IMG/VR virus record: IMGVR_UViG_3300033072_000529
Origin: a virus
Taxonomy: Duplodnaviria; Caudoviricetes
DNA: 64,000 nt
Reading direction: 5' to 3' (one strand)
Part shown: positions 10,284 through 19,517 of the stretch, one piece after another
How the letters are laid out: each line of letters begins with the position of its first letter
Position numbering within the stretch: position 1 is the first letter of the stretch
Made by a program: the position numbers and the translations under genes
The notes under the pieces: generated by a model
Database searches by the model: none
The model's input: only the letters and a program-made list of their open reading frames with translations
What the model was told of the DNA's origin: nothing

Positions 10284-10476
10284 GTGCATAATCGCCCTTC
10301 TGATCCTTGTGATGCTTCACCGCTTCATCCAACATGAAGAATTCATCTTTGGATAAGCGAATTTCTCCACCGAAATCATCCGTTATACGGAACTCTCCGG
10401 TTTCTGCATTTGCATGAATGGTCGGGCAGCATGATCCAGCTTTACATAATCTAATGGTGTTATTTTCTACTATCAT
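10267..10476 (-). CDS. Small Cys-containing hypothetical protein; last 9 aa derive from the IS end
   Basis: LCKAGSCCP motif; the reconstructed empty site ends ...KDQK-TAA. Confidence 0.75.
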   Translation of the reverse strand: MIVENNTIRLCKAGSCCPTIHANAETGEFRITDDFGGEIRLSKDEFFMLDEAVKHHKDQKGDYALDESK

Positions 10477-10488
10477 AATAATAGTTAT

Positions 10489-11181
10489 TTACTTCTTTCC
10501 CATTACTTGTTTCAAGAGATTTTCTGGGATTTCCAAATCTGCTATTTCACTCAGCACGGATTTCTCCGTCTCCATCGCATTACCCGCATCATTGATGTAT
10601 AATTTCATTGTATCAATTCGCTCATTCAGCGAAGCGGGTAATTCGATTATAGGCGGAGTATCTTTCATATCAAAGAAAGCGTCATCCCCATTCCGATATG
10701 CCTGATACAATGCATAGAAAATAGAATCGATTTCTAATTGATAGTCTAAGTCCAATGCACGTTGCTCTTTCGCTGCCATTTGAATAGCAGGATTGATTGG
10801 CACATAGAATATAACATCATATAATTTGATGGTATTGCGCATCAAAAGTAGAGATGTCGTAATAAAATTGTTCACATCAGCAGGGTCTTCTGTGAACTTA
10901 TTTTTCTCTGCCAACCATAAGGAGTAGGCTACATTATCCATAATGGTTCTATCATGGAACATATACTTTTCCTCTGCATTGTTGATTGCTTGATCGCATA
11001 ATGCATCCCGAATTATACGTTGTGCCTCCAACGTCCCATCTTGGTTGATAGGAAGGTTTTTCTCCTTCACTATCTCTCGATAGGTGGTTGATGGAATTTT
11101 ATACATCGGCCAATATTTCAAGGCCGTATCTATAACCGTCGATTTACCAGTGTTTTGACTACCACATAATCCTATACGCAT
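10489..11181 (-). CDS. P-loop ATPase/kinase (AAA_28 / NadR-Ttd14-like)
   Basis: N-terminal GSQNTGKST and HDRTIMDN. Confidence 0.75.
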   Translation of the reverse strand: MRIGLCGSQNTGKSTVIDTALKYWPMYKIPSTTYREIVKEKNLPINQDGTLEAQRIIRDALCDQAINNAEEKYMFHDRTIMDNVAYSLWLAEKNKFTEDPADVNNFITTSLLLMRNTIKLYDVIFYVPINPAIQMAAKEQRALDLDYQLEIDSIFYALYQAYRNGDDAFFDMKDTPPIIELPASLNERIDTMKLYINDAGNAMETEKSVLSEIADLEIPENLLKQVMGKK

Positions 11182-11873
11182 TATAGAGAGGTTAATGTAT
11201 CATCCTGCTTCGCAGTATTGCTGGTATTGGAAGCAGATGTGGTTACTACTGTTGGGATAGTAGCACAGTATCGGGTTTTACGATCAACTGATCGGTCAAT
11301 ACTCTTATACAGGGCATATGTTTCCGAATTATTTTCCCAAAGTTTAGCGACACCCGCACGGGTAGCTTCGAAGTTAGCCGTAGAAGCCTGTGCAATACCT
11401 ATTGCACCACCAGCGGCAAAGGAATCCATATTTGCACCTAGGAACACGAAGTCCCATGCATAAACCTCTTGCTGATGAACAACGGCTTGCTTAAGCTCTT
11501 CTTTAGAGGTTTTACGGGAACAGTTTTCTGCGCCATCGGTAATCACATAAAACAGGACACGATTTGGTCGGTCTTCTTCTGGCAGCGCAGCAAGACGTGC
11601 ACCAGTTTCATCTATAGCCCGTTTAAAGGAGTCTAAAAGAGCAGTTGAACCCCGTGGTTCAATTTTAATTCCCTCTACTTGAGAGATAGGTACTGCCTCT
11701 ATACCTTTTGAATATTCATGGTCAAAATAGATGGTTGATACTACTGTAGTGTCGCCTGATTTTTGCTCAGGAATCAAGAAACTGTGCTTGAATCCTTCCT
11801 CCATCTCGGAGGAAATTGAGGACATCGACCCACTTCGGTCGATTAATAATGTTAGGTCTGTGTAATTCTTCAT
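11181..11873 (-). CDS. vWA domain protein
   Basis: MIDAS DRSGSM, GSTALLD, VITDGAEN, WDFVFLGAN. Confidence 0.9.
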   Translation of the reverse strand: MKNYTDLTLLIDRSGSMSSISSEMEEGFKHSFLIPEQKSGDTTVVSTIYFDHEYSKGIEAVPISQVEGIKIEPRGSTALLDSFKRAIDETGARLAALPEEDRPNRVLFYVITDGAENCSRKTSKEELKQAVVHQQEVYAWDFVFLGANMDSFAAGGAIGIAQASTANFEATRAGVAKLWENNSETYALYKSIDRSVDRKTRYCATIPTVVTTSASNTSNTAKQDDTLTSL

Positions 11874-11915
11874 ACATCATATGTTACACCACTATTACAT
11901 TTATGCAAGAAGATT

Positions 11916-12389
11916 CTACACTTTAAACACATGTTTTTCTCTGGTTAATATATCATCCCAAGATTCCCACTTATGTACGGGACTACTCTTATATGTCTCA
12001 ATCTCATGTTGTTTACGTTGTTCCAGTAGATGTACAAACTTTTTAATATCATTGAATTCTTCATCGACTGTTTCCGGCATATTTAATAGTATACGACATA
12101 GCATTTTATCCAGCGGGTATTTGCGTAGCAATAATTCCCGATATTTACCATCTACATCCTCTTCTGTCACCACGGCTTTTTGTTGGATAAAAGTATCCAC
12201 TAACTTACCAGTTTCCGCATCCCCTTCCCATCGATATCGATTAAGATTGAAATCATCCCGACTTATACCATATTGTTCCAAAATAACTTCTTTGTACAGA
12301 GGGAAAGTGCTCGCTAATTCTTTGTCATCCGTGAAAAACATCGGTACATCCGTCTTAGCGTTAAATATAATATATATAGGTGTATGCAT
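11916..12389 (-). CDS. Hypothetical protein
   Basis: 157 aa ORF co-directional with its neighbours. Confidence 0.6.
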   Translation of the reverse strand: MHTPIYIIFNAKTDVPMFFTDDKELASTFPLYKEVILEQYGISRDDFNLNRYRWEGDAETGKLVDTFIQQKAVVTEEDVDGKYRELLLRKYPLDKMLCRILLNMPETVDEEFNDIKKFVHLLEQRKQHEIETYKSSPVHKWESWDDILTREKHVFKV

Positions 12390-12390
12390 A

Positions 12391-12422
12391 AAGGCCCACC
12401 CGATACTTACCGGGTGGGCCTT
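12391..12422 (-). promoter_or_regulatory. GC-rich hairpin with a late-promoter-like TAAGTA in its loop
   Basis: AAGGCCCACCCG-gtaagtat-CGGGTGGGCCTT ending 2 nt before the ATG at 12389. Confidence 0.65.
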
Positions 12423-12438
12423 ACAGAATCTATGACTA

Positions 12439-14466
12439 TTAGACGTATTCTTTTGTTTCTTTAACCTTCACGACTACACCATCGTGAGTAAATTGGTCAG
12501 ACTTATCTACACCTTCAAACCAACTGTTAGTAGTTATAAGATAGAACTTCATCTGACTTAGTTTGCCCTTAAGTATATCGACTTTATATTCGAGTCCTTT
12601 CAAACCAGACTCCAGGTACGGTATAAAATCCGCACCTAATTGAGCCCGATTATATTCATAGGACTCAAATAGGGGCCATAGAATGGCATCCCCTGGATTT
12701 TGTTTTGGTGGGTTTTTATCATTACGTTTTTCCCATTTAGCATAGGAATCTTTCGCGTTGATCGTACTAGCACCTGCCAAACTAGCAGTGATTTCCAAGA
12801 ATGGAATATAATCATCGTCTTCTTTTCGAGCAGTGCTACCCCGTTTAGGAGCATAGCGTAATTCCTTATCCAGGCCCATCGCATCCAATATAGACATGCC
12901 ATCAAGACCCCAACCTGCCACACGCTTATCAGTAGCAGCGGTAGATGCCTCACCATACTTCTTGAGTAAGAAATTGCAGCAGGACACATGTGCCTTCAAC
13001 TCAATCAACTGTTTATACATCTTGGTGAAGGCACCAATATTCACAGTTTGAGTTGATTCATCAAATATATCGATTTGGGCACTCGGATTACTATATACCG
13101 TCTCAACACCATCCGTTACCAACGTGAATGATTGGAAATTGAAATCCCCATTAGAAATCACCGAGTAATTGCGGAAGGTTGGTGCAGTTATAGGTAATAA
13201 TATTGGAGTAGTTGGATTGGCTTTGTTATAATCATCTACTCTTTTCTGTAATTCAGGGTCTGTGATCTTGGTGATTTTACCAGTTTGAACCGTTAGAAGA
13301 TTGATGTTAGGGCGATTTTCGTTGCCTTCAACTGATATAATCTTAGCAGGACCAGAATCATATTCAAACTTAACAGCAGATATATCTTCTGCTTTCTTAG
13401 TGGTATTGCGATATTTAGACTTGGATAGGTCTAAGTACACCTTACCTAGGTTCTTGGTTATATCCTCCACGAAGGATTCTAGAGGTAGAGCAGGTACTTC
13501 TAAGGTTTGAAGCACTTCTCCGCCCACTAATGCTAGATGTTTCAACTCATTCTCCATCGTACCTTTTTGGGTAACAGTGAATGATTTTTGCACCATCTTG
13601 GCGATATCCTTAGCACCCGCTTTACGTAATAGAGCTACACCCAAATTAGCCTTGTTCTTCTGTGATAACACATATGCCAGAGAATAGTTGAAAGATGCGC
13701 TAGTATCCGACTTGGGATCATATGTCTCCAATTCGGAGTAGTCCACTGCATATAAATTGGCAGTACCATCACTGTCGTACACATCTACGGAATGGTCTGC
13801 ATTCTGTGTTAGAATGTTAATCTCCGTATCAGTTACTTGCCACACTAAATCATATTTCTTGTCGATTTTGATATTAGTCTTAGTCTTTTTACTGGAGACA
13901 AATTGGTTATATGAAACCTTCATCTCTTGAAAATCAGAGATGTGATTCATGTTACCCTGAATACATTCAGCCATATCCAGTAGAATCTTCCGGTTATAAT
14001 AACCGCCAAATCCGCAAATATAGGCAGTACTGAATTTACCTTTTAGTTTACGGCAACTAGCCAGGATATCCTTCTCCGATGACCTATCGTTAGGATAACC
14101 ATCACTCAGGAAGTAGAATGAGAAATTATCATTACCTGTTAAATCTTTAACATCTTGAATAATTGATGGAATGGCATCAAGGGCTTGTGTGTAACACGTA
14201 CATCCTCGGGCACGTATCTTCTTTTTAACTAGGTCTTGTATATTCTTCGATTTCTTCAAGCCTCTAATGAAGAAATCGAAATCGCCCCAACTCGCAAAAT
14301 CGCCCACCGTAATGGTGTCTCGATCAGTCATTAGATCGATTACTGCACTTATCGTATCCTGTAAGTCCGAAATAGCTCCATACATGGAGCCAGATGAATC
14401 GCTTAGTAAGATGTAATTAGTCGGTTTATTTGTAGTATTTTTATTTTTTGGTAGTATTATTTTCAT
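12439..14466 (-). CDS. Large vWA domain protein
   Basis: LLSDSSGSM and FLSDGYP MIDAS motifs; long uncharacterised C-terminus. Confidence 0.85.
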   Translation of the reverse strand: MKIILPKNKNTTNKPTNYILLSDSSGSMYGAISDLQDTISAVIDLMTDRDTITVGDFASWGDFDFFIRGLKKSKNIQDLVKKKIRARGCTCYTQALDAIPSIIQDVKDLTGNDNFSFYFLSDGYPNDRSSEKDILASCRKLKGKFSTAYICGFGGYYNRKILLDMAECIQGNMNHISDFQEMKVSYNQFVSSKKTKTNIKIDKKYDLVWQVTDTEINILTQNADHSVDVYDSDGTANLYAVDYSELETYDPKSDTSASFNYSLAYVLSQKNKANLGVALLRKAGAKDIAKMVQKSFTVTQKGTMENELKHLALVGGEVLQTLEVPALPLESFVEDITKNLGKVYLDLSKSKYRNTTKKAEDISAVKFEYDSGPAKIISVEGNENRPNINLLTVQTGKITKITDPELQKRVDDYNKANPTTPILLPITAPTFRNYSVISNGDFNFQSFTLVTDGVETVYSNPSAQIDIFDESTQTVNIGAFTKMYKQLIELKAHVSCCNFLLKKYGEASTAATDKRVAGWGLDGMSILDAMGLDKELRYAPKRGSTARKEDDDYIPFLEITASLAGASTINAKDSYAKWEKRNDKNPPKQNPGDAILWPLFESYEYNRAQLGADFIPYLESGLKGLEYKVDILKGKLSQMKFYLITTNSWFEGVDKSDQFTHDGVVVKVKETKEYV

Positions 14467-14473
14467 ACGTTAT

Positions 14474-14502
14474 AATATACACTATAGAGGTTATCTTGTC
14501 AA
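14474..14502 (-). promoter_or_regulatory. Sigma70-like early promoter
   Basis: TTGACA-N17-TATATT; ATG 8 nt downstream. Confidence 0.75.
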
Positions 14503-15000
14503 TTACTTTATGTAGACTTTTAAATAATATTCTATGGTGATTTTTGTTGTGGGGCGTTTACCGAATTCAGATATTAACAAATTTGCAAAATCGACTTTAT
14601 CCCTGGCATCAGTCACTTCTCTAACCATAGAGGTAGTGGGCCAATCCGGCAGGTGTGCAAATGCTTTATAAAATGGATACCACCATTTAGCTCTGCGTGC
14701 TGCACACGCATCTCTATAAACATTCTTACTTTTTTCCAGCAGGTCTAAATAACCGGCTTTCTGTGCCTCCACTGCTGCTAATTCTCTATCCAGTTTAGCA
14801 ATAGCCTCTTCATCTCGTTCTTCCCAGGTATTTTTAGTCAGAACCCAATCATATACATTATCTGTATTCATGGCTAAGGAAGCAATATGATCCAATATCT
14901 GCTCCTTGGTGGGTTTCCCTATATCTGGGTTACTCCGATATTCCTCTATCTTTTCAGCAGGAATAGTAAATGTTTTTATTAATTTGGATAGTTTTTTCAT
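14503..15000 (-). CDS. Hypothetical protein
   Basis: 165 aa ORF. Confidence 0.6.
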   Translation of the reverse strand: MKKLSKLIKTFTIPAEKIEEYRSNPDIGKPTKEQILDHIASLAMNTDNVYDWVLTKNTWEERDEEAIAKLDRELAAVEAQKAGYLDLLEKSKNVYRDACAARRAKWWYPFYKAFAHLPDWPTTSMVREVTDARDKVDFANLLISEFGKRPTTKITIEYYLKVYIK

Positions 15001-15002
15001 AA

Positions 15003-15485
15003 TTATTCTGCTACTACTAAGGAGTATCGTAAAAATTTAACTGGATCAACCCAATGCACGGCATCATAAGGAAAATCTATTTTAGTTCCTGCAAGGTCAA
15101 ATATTTTGACTATCTTATTATTTTCCACGCATGTCAATCCGTCAAAATCCGATGAAGTCAGGGTGACTAAATGTAATTTAGTGATATCATATACGTCTCG
15201 GTGGGGTGCTATATAGTCCCCATCCACATACTTTTGTATTTGTATGAAGCTATATACATCTCGTATCACAGGATCAAACTGAGAGTTAGCAAAGATCAAA
15301 TCTATTAATTGATCAGACATATCGCCATTTTTCAGGGTTGAGAATTGGGAATACACACCCGGTAAAATAGATTCGTGGGCATCTTTGCCAACTCTAGGTT
15401 TAAAAAGATGGTCCATGGTTTTAAGAGCAGCCACTATATCCCGGCTGTTCTTAACAAAATTGATCGTTGTTTTGATAGCATTCAT
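15003..15485 (-). CDS. 2OG-Fe(II) oxygenase
   Basis: KYVDGDYIAPHRD (HxD), AVHWVDPV and RYSLV. Confidence 0.85.
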   Translation of the reverse strand: MNAIKTTINFVKNSRDIVAALKTMDHLFKPRVGKDAHESILPGVYSQFSTLKNGDMSDQLIDLIFANSQFDPVIRDVYSFIQIQKYVDGDYIAPHRDVYDITKLHLVTLTSSDFDGLTCVENNKIVKIFDLAGTKIDFPYDAVHWVDPVKFLRYSLVVAE

Positions 15486-15486
15486 A

Positions 15487-16095
15487 TTACGATATACGTA
15501 TAGTCTGTCCCCTCATCGGAGCCTTCGCTTGTAACAAGCGTTTGAATTTATCTTTACCTATTCTATAGTGTTTCATAGCTAGACGTTTACTACCGAACTC
15601 CACCGTTTTTCCTACTTTATATAAGTATTCCCGTGTTGGAGCACATTTGCCGCTATCTATATAATATATAGCGGTTGCCAACGATATATTATATTTCATC
15701 GCATAATCCGTGATTGATTTATACCAGTGTTCAGCACCTGATTTATCAACAGTAATAATGGGAATACTTTTAAATGTGGTAGTGGCATTGTGCACCACTT
15801 CGGATGCAGGTACAGTGTGTTTGGGTATATACATATAATAATGTTTATACCATCGTTTGCCTGCCGTCATGCAGTTTTTTAATGCCCCGTTAAAGGCTAG
15901 ATATTTTAACACTATTTGTTTATTACTCAATCCCTGACTTTGGAAATGATGTCGCACTGCATTGTTTCTATTAGCGAACACTGCTAATCTATTACCAGCA
16001 TCATCGAATTTGGCTATAACATGATTATCATAATCATGTGTAAGACATACTTCCGTGTTGATGCGGGCGGCTTCTTTTGAATTAAAGGTATTCAT
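15487..16095 (-). CDS. Hypothetical basic protein with NUMOD1-like repeats
   Basis: VFANRNNAVRH, WYKSITDYAMKYNIS and EFGSKRLAMKHYRIG resemble NUMOD1 HTH units. Confidence 0.45.
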   Translation of the reverse strand: MNTFNSKEAARINTEVCLTHDYDNHVIAKFDDAGNRLAVFANRNNAVRHHFQSQGLSNKQIVLKYLAFNGALKNCMTAGKRWYKHYYMYIPKHTVPASEVVHNATTTFKSIPIITVDKSGAEHWYKSITDYAMKYNISLATAIYYIDSGKCAPTREYLYKVGKTVEFGSKRLAMKHYRIGKDKFKRLLQAKAPMRGQTIRIS

Positions 16096-16610
16096 AATTT
16101 AATTATATCACAATGTTCAATTCTGAAAATATCATACGTATCCCATAAAAGTGACGGGTTGTATAGGCGACAATCATATATGATATGGGCTTGTCGATTG
16201 GTTAAATATGCCGATTCGTCTACAACTCGTACACCAGAATAAACAACTCGTTTGGATATCACTTGTAATGTTTTCCCTGCAAGATCGGGTTTTTCAATTT
16301 TATGAACGCTTCTAATATTACCACCATATCGCTTAGAATGTTGAATTATTCTAGCCATTGCTCGGATGATTTTGTCCGACTCTTGTTCATATAGGGAACA
16401 AGATATCTCACTCGAACCCAATTCATTCCAGGCATATCTAATACCGTGTTTAGCAAGCCAACCCTCTAAAATGGCTTTATCTTGCTCGTCCATGTGTTCC
16501 CTTATCACGGTTTCCTGTGATAAGGGATACCCCACACGGGTAACTAATAGGGGATTGACTACTTTTACTCGATCCCCCCGTCTAATAACATTATCCGTTT
16601 TTTTGTGCAT
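16092..16610 (-). CDS. Hypothetical protein
   Basis: 172 aa ORF overlapping its neighbours. Confidence 0.6.
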   Translation of the reverse strand: MHKKTDNVIRRGDRVKVVNPLLVTRVGYPLSQETVIREHMDEQDKAILEGWLAKHGIRYAWNELGSSEISCSLYEQESDKIIRAMARIIQHSKRYGGNIRSVHKIEKPDLAGKTLQVISKRVVYSGVRVVDESAYLTNRQAHIIYDCRLYNPSLLWDTYDIFRIEHCDIIKL

Positions 16611-16857
16611 TTGTTATGATGTTTTTTAATTGATCCACCGTCTTCATTCCCTGAGTACGATCTACTTCTTTTCCATTTTTTAGAAAAACGATAGTGGGTA
16701 CGGCTCGAACATTGTATGGATTTTCATTGTCCACATCAATCTCCTGAAACTCTACATCAGGGAATGCTGATTTGACTTGTTCAAATATAGGTTGAAGGGT
16801 TCGACATGGACCGCACCATGTCGCGGAATTTTTGACTACTGTAATTTTGTTAGACAT
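16591..16857 (-). CDS. Thioredoxin
   Basis: WCGPC and VRAVPT; probable start MSNKIT. Confidence 0.95.
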   Translation of the reverse strand: MSNKITVVKNSATWCGPCRTLQPIFEQVKSAFPDVEFQEIDVDNENPYNVRAVPTIVFLKNGKEVDRTQGMKTVDQLKNIITNAQKNG

Positions 16858-16858
16858 A

Positions 16859-16893
16859 TGCATACCTATACCATGACTTGTATAGGTATGCAA
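16859..16893. promoter_or_regulatory. 12-bp inverted repeat overlapping a sigma70-like promoter
   Basis: TGCATACCTATA-N10-TATAGGTATGCA; on the minus strand TTGCAT-N17-TATAGG. Confidence 0.5.
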
Positions 16894-16898
16894 GTCAT

Positions 16899-18203
16899 TT
16901 ATTCCGTGTATACGTGTATAATTTCCCTTAACCCAGTTTTATCTAACACTAAACATGATTGTCTAGCCCTATTATGCCAATTGTTTATATTGGCATGCTC
17001 GTCAGCCGCTAAAATAGTTGAGAACATTATAAATTCAAAGGTGTTAAATTCCAAATGTTCGAAGTGATGTTTATCCCCTTGTAGGAATAGTTTAGTTTTG
17101 ACATCATTTAACAGATGAGTATTACTCAATAATATTGATTGAACATGTCGCTCTAGTTTAGAGCCATCGGGAACGTATACTCTTTCTTTGGAGTCCGCAC
17201 CATGATCAATCATAATCAGAGTATTGTCACACTTAAAGGCAGCAGGACGAGTAGAATGGTGAATAAACTTTGCATGTTTATCATTGCTGAAATATAGGCC
17301 AATAGCTTTGAAAATAGCCATGTCTAATTCATAATGGTGATTGCCACCAACACTGTGAACTTCTATTTCCCCGAAACAATCCCGCATCCGTTGACAGAAT
17401 AATAATAAACTATTCAATGCATATTCAAATTGTTCTTCCTTGATACAGTCATATACTAATTCAGTGCCTCGTTGAGTTTTACCTAATAAAGAATGAATTA
17501 TATCACCCATTCCGATTATCACGCATTTCTTGAATTTATATTTTCTATCTTCGACTTCTCTGACAATGGAATCCGCTAGGTTTTTAACAGCTTCTACTGT
17601 TTGGGGTGTGGACCATCCCTTGTTATTAAACATATATTTGGCATTACTATATGATCCATAATGTAGATCGGATAATGCCACGACAAACACTTTATCAGAT
17701 GTTTTGTCTTGTATCGATGTTTTACTATATACAGGCTTGTATACTGGTGGAACCCATTTTGCTAAGACTGCATCGAAGGGGTCTACGTTTTTTAATTGAA
17801 AATTGCGCCATTTTTCCGCATCCTTGACATTTTGTGCCAATTGTCTTTTCTCGAATTTTATACCAATACTTGATACTTTATCATCTATCAAATCTTGTAC
17901 TATGGCATCTTCCTCCACTGTTTCTATTTTTTCGGGTGATACGGGTAAGGCGGAGCGTGTTATACCTAATGCCTTAACTATTCCTTTGATTATTGTTTCA
18001 GACGTGGAAGTTCGCTGAGCTATTTGTGCCGTAGTAAACCTATTGCTATCATAGTTGGAGTATAGCTTTAAAATGGAATCTACTTTCTTTTTTGGTATAT
18101 TACATTTATCGTTGGAATTAGATATGCCTATAAAAGTATATATCTCTTTCTTCGCATCATAGGTGTAATTGTCTTGCAGTTTGTTGCGTTTTGAGGTTGC
18201 CAT
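16899..18203 (-). CDS. Calcineurin-like metallophosphoesterase with N-terminal HTH-like region
   Basis: DLHYG, GDIIH, GGNHH, DHG and GDKHH motifs. Confidence 0.85.
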   Translation of the reverse strand: MATSKRNKLQDNYTYDAKKEIYTFIGISNSNDKCNIPKKKVDSILKLYSNYDSNRFTTAQIAQRTSTSETIIKGIVKALGITRSALPVSPEKIETVEEDAIVQDLIDDKVSSIGIKFEKRQLAQNVKDAEKWRNFQLKNVDPFDAVLAKWVPPVYKPVYSKTSIQDKTSDKVFVVALSDLHYGSYSNAKYMFNNKGWSTPQTVEAVKNLADSIVREVEDRKYKFKKCVIIGMGDIIHSLLGKTQRGTELVYDCIKEEQFEYALNSLLLFCQRMRDCFGEIEVHSVGGNHHYELDMAIFKAIGLYFSNDKHAKFIHHSTRPAAFKCDNTLIMIDHGADSKERVYVPDGSKLERHVQSILLSNTHLLNDVKTKLFLQGDKHHFEHLEFNTFEFIMFSTILAADEHANINNWHNRARQSCLVLDKTGLREIIHVYTE

Positions 18204-18248
18204 AAAATTGGAAAATTTATCGGATGCTTTTGAGCGTATTACTATGGA

Positions 18249-18779
18249 CTACTTAGTATCGCGGAACAATAGTAAGTGCTCCAGCAGATCATCCTTATAT
18301 AGTACACCGCTACCGAAATTAAACACAGGTATATTAAAATGCTCTGCCATGCGAAGGGCTTGTCCTGTTCCGCCTGACTCTTGTCCATTAGGAGTCCAGC
18401 ATATGATAAATGATACCATGTTATCTAATCGTGTAACATCTGGTCCTAACACTATATTGGTGTTTCGGGCATGCAAGGCTTTCCCGCCTTGTGTAAGGCA
18501 ATTCCAATTTCGATGAAAACGTTGTGCCACTTCATAGGCAGAATCCGTTATGGTATATAATGGGGAGGGATTATCCCTGTACTTTTTCCAGGGTAGATAT
18601 ATCTGCTTGTTGTCTGCATTACTCACTCCACTCTCAAAGTATTCATCTGCCCCCTCGGCTCCACCACTACGCAATATAAACCCGCGTTTCTCTAAAACGC
18701 TTGCTATGTCTTTGAATTGAGCTTGATACGGCTCTATAGGCGTGGATCGTGATCCTATTCCTGCATAATATTGCGGCAT
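18249..18779 (-). CDS. SLOG / DprA-like Rossmann protein
   Basis: YAGIGSR.TP, LRSGGAEGAD, ARN and GGTGQA. Confidence 0.85.
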   Translation of the reverse strand: MPQYYAGIGSRSTPIEPYQAQFKDIASVLEKRGFILRSGGAEGADEYFESGVSNADNKQIYLPWKKYRDNPSPLYTITDSAYEVAQRFHRNWNCLTQGGKALHARNTNIVLGPDVTRLDNMVSFIICWTPNGQESGGTGQALRMAEHFNIPVFNFGSGVLYKDDLLEHLLLFRDTK

Positions 18780-18788
18780 AATGATAGT

Positions 18789-18817
18789 ATTCTACATCGC
18801 CTTTAGATTGAATGCAA
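18789..18817 (-). promoter_or_regulatory. Sigma70-like promoter
   Basis: TTGCAT-N17-TAGAAT. Confidence 0.7.
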
Positions 18818-18827
18818 GCTGAAAAGC

Positions 18828-19505
18828 TTAGAATACGCCAGGAGATCGCAAATCAATGTTGGTCGGGGTTAAACCTCTAGTGTCCCCACCATATTGCTGC
18901 TTCAAGAAATTAAATATCTCATGCAAATTCTGCTCATTGACATCAGATATTACCAGATTCTCCGCTGGAGTGCCATCTAATAGACAATTTAATATGATAC
19001 GAGTCCAGTAAACTCGTTTACCGTTGTCTAATTGTTCATCGCCTTTTGCAACTGCATTAAAGGCTCGAATTTTATCAATTATAGATTTACCTTTTATTTC
19101 TGGTCGTTCTGTCCATTTAGATGCTTTACCTTCATAATGATCCATCAATTTTTCAACGAAGAATAAAACGGGCAACACTATTTTGTGACGCTCGAATTCG
19201 TCTGATATTTTTTCAAATGGTATAACACGACCTTTATATCTTAACTTTTTATCATGTAAATCTTTAGATTCCGCATTAAAATATAATGCTCTAACTGCTA
19301 ATTTTGCTAATTCCAATTCCTCGGGTGCCACTGGTTCTTCGGGAACAGCAGCAACATCAGGTGCAGGGTCTTCTTGGGATACATCTATATCTCCTTCGGC
19401 ATTTGAATCAGCCATAGATGCCGCACCAGGAGGCGCAACAGCAGCTTGTTGATCCTCGTCAGCTTCTTTTATAATTGAACGATATAACCGATTGAAATGA
19501 TACAT
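18828..19505 (-). CDS. Hypothetical protein (acidic N-terminus, likely late/virion)
   Basis: 225 aa; TAAATA upstream. Confidence 0.6.
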   Translation of the reverse strand: MYHFNRLYRSIIKEADEDQQAAVAPPGAASMADSNAEGDIDVSQEDPAPDVAAVPEEPVAPEELELAKLAVRALYFNAESKDLHDKKLRYKGRVIPFEKISDEFERHKIVLPVLFFVEKLMDHYEGKASKWTERPEIKGKSIIDKIRAFNAVAKGDEQLDNGKRVYWTRIILNCLLDGTPAENLVISDVNEQNLHEIFNFLKQQYGGDTRGLTPTNIDLRSPGVF

Positions 19506-19517
19506 ATATATTATTTA

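Larger units (their letters stand above)
6767..10296 (-). mobile_element. IS1595-family transporter IS with an R-M passenger
   Basis: 8-bp direct repeat CTTCTGAT at 6759-6766 and 10297-10304; termini GGCGAGATAAT / GGCGATTATGC; sharp GC increase; IS1595 transposase inside. Confidence 0.92.

Noticed and set aside
7099-10291. Many alternative-frame ORFs inside the IS
   Set aside because: Shadow ORFs expected from high GC; they overlap well-supported genes.
11881-12435. 184 aa plus-strand ORF
   Set aside because: Antisense to a co-directional minus-strand gene run, with S/L-rich shadow composition.
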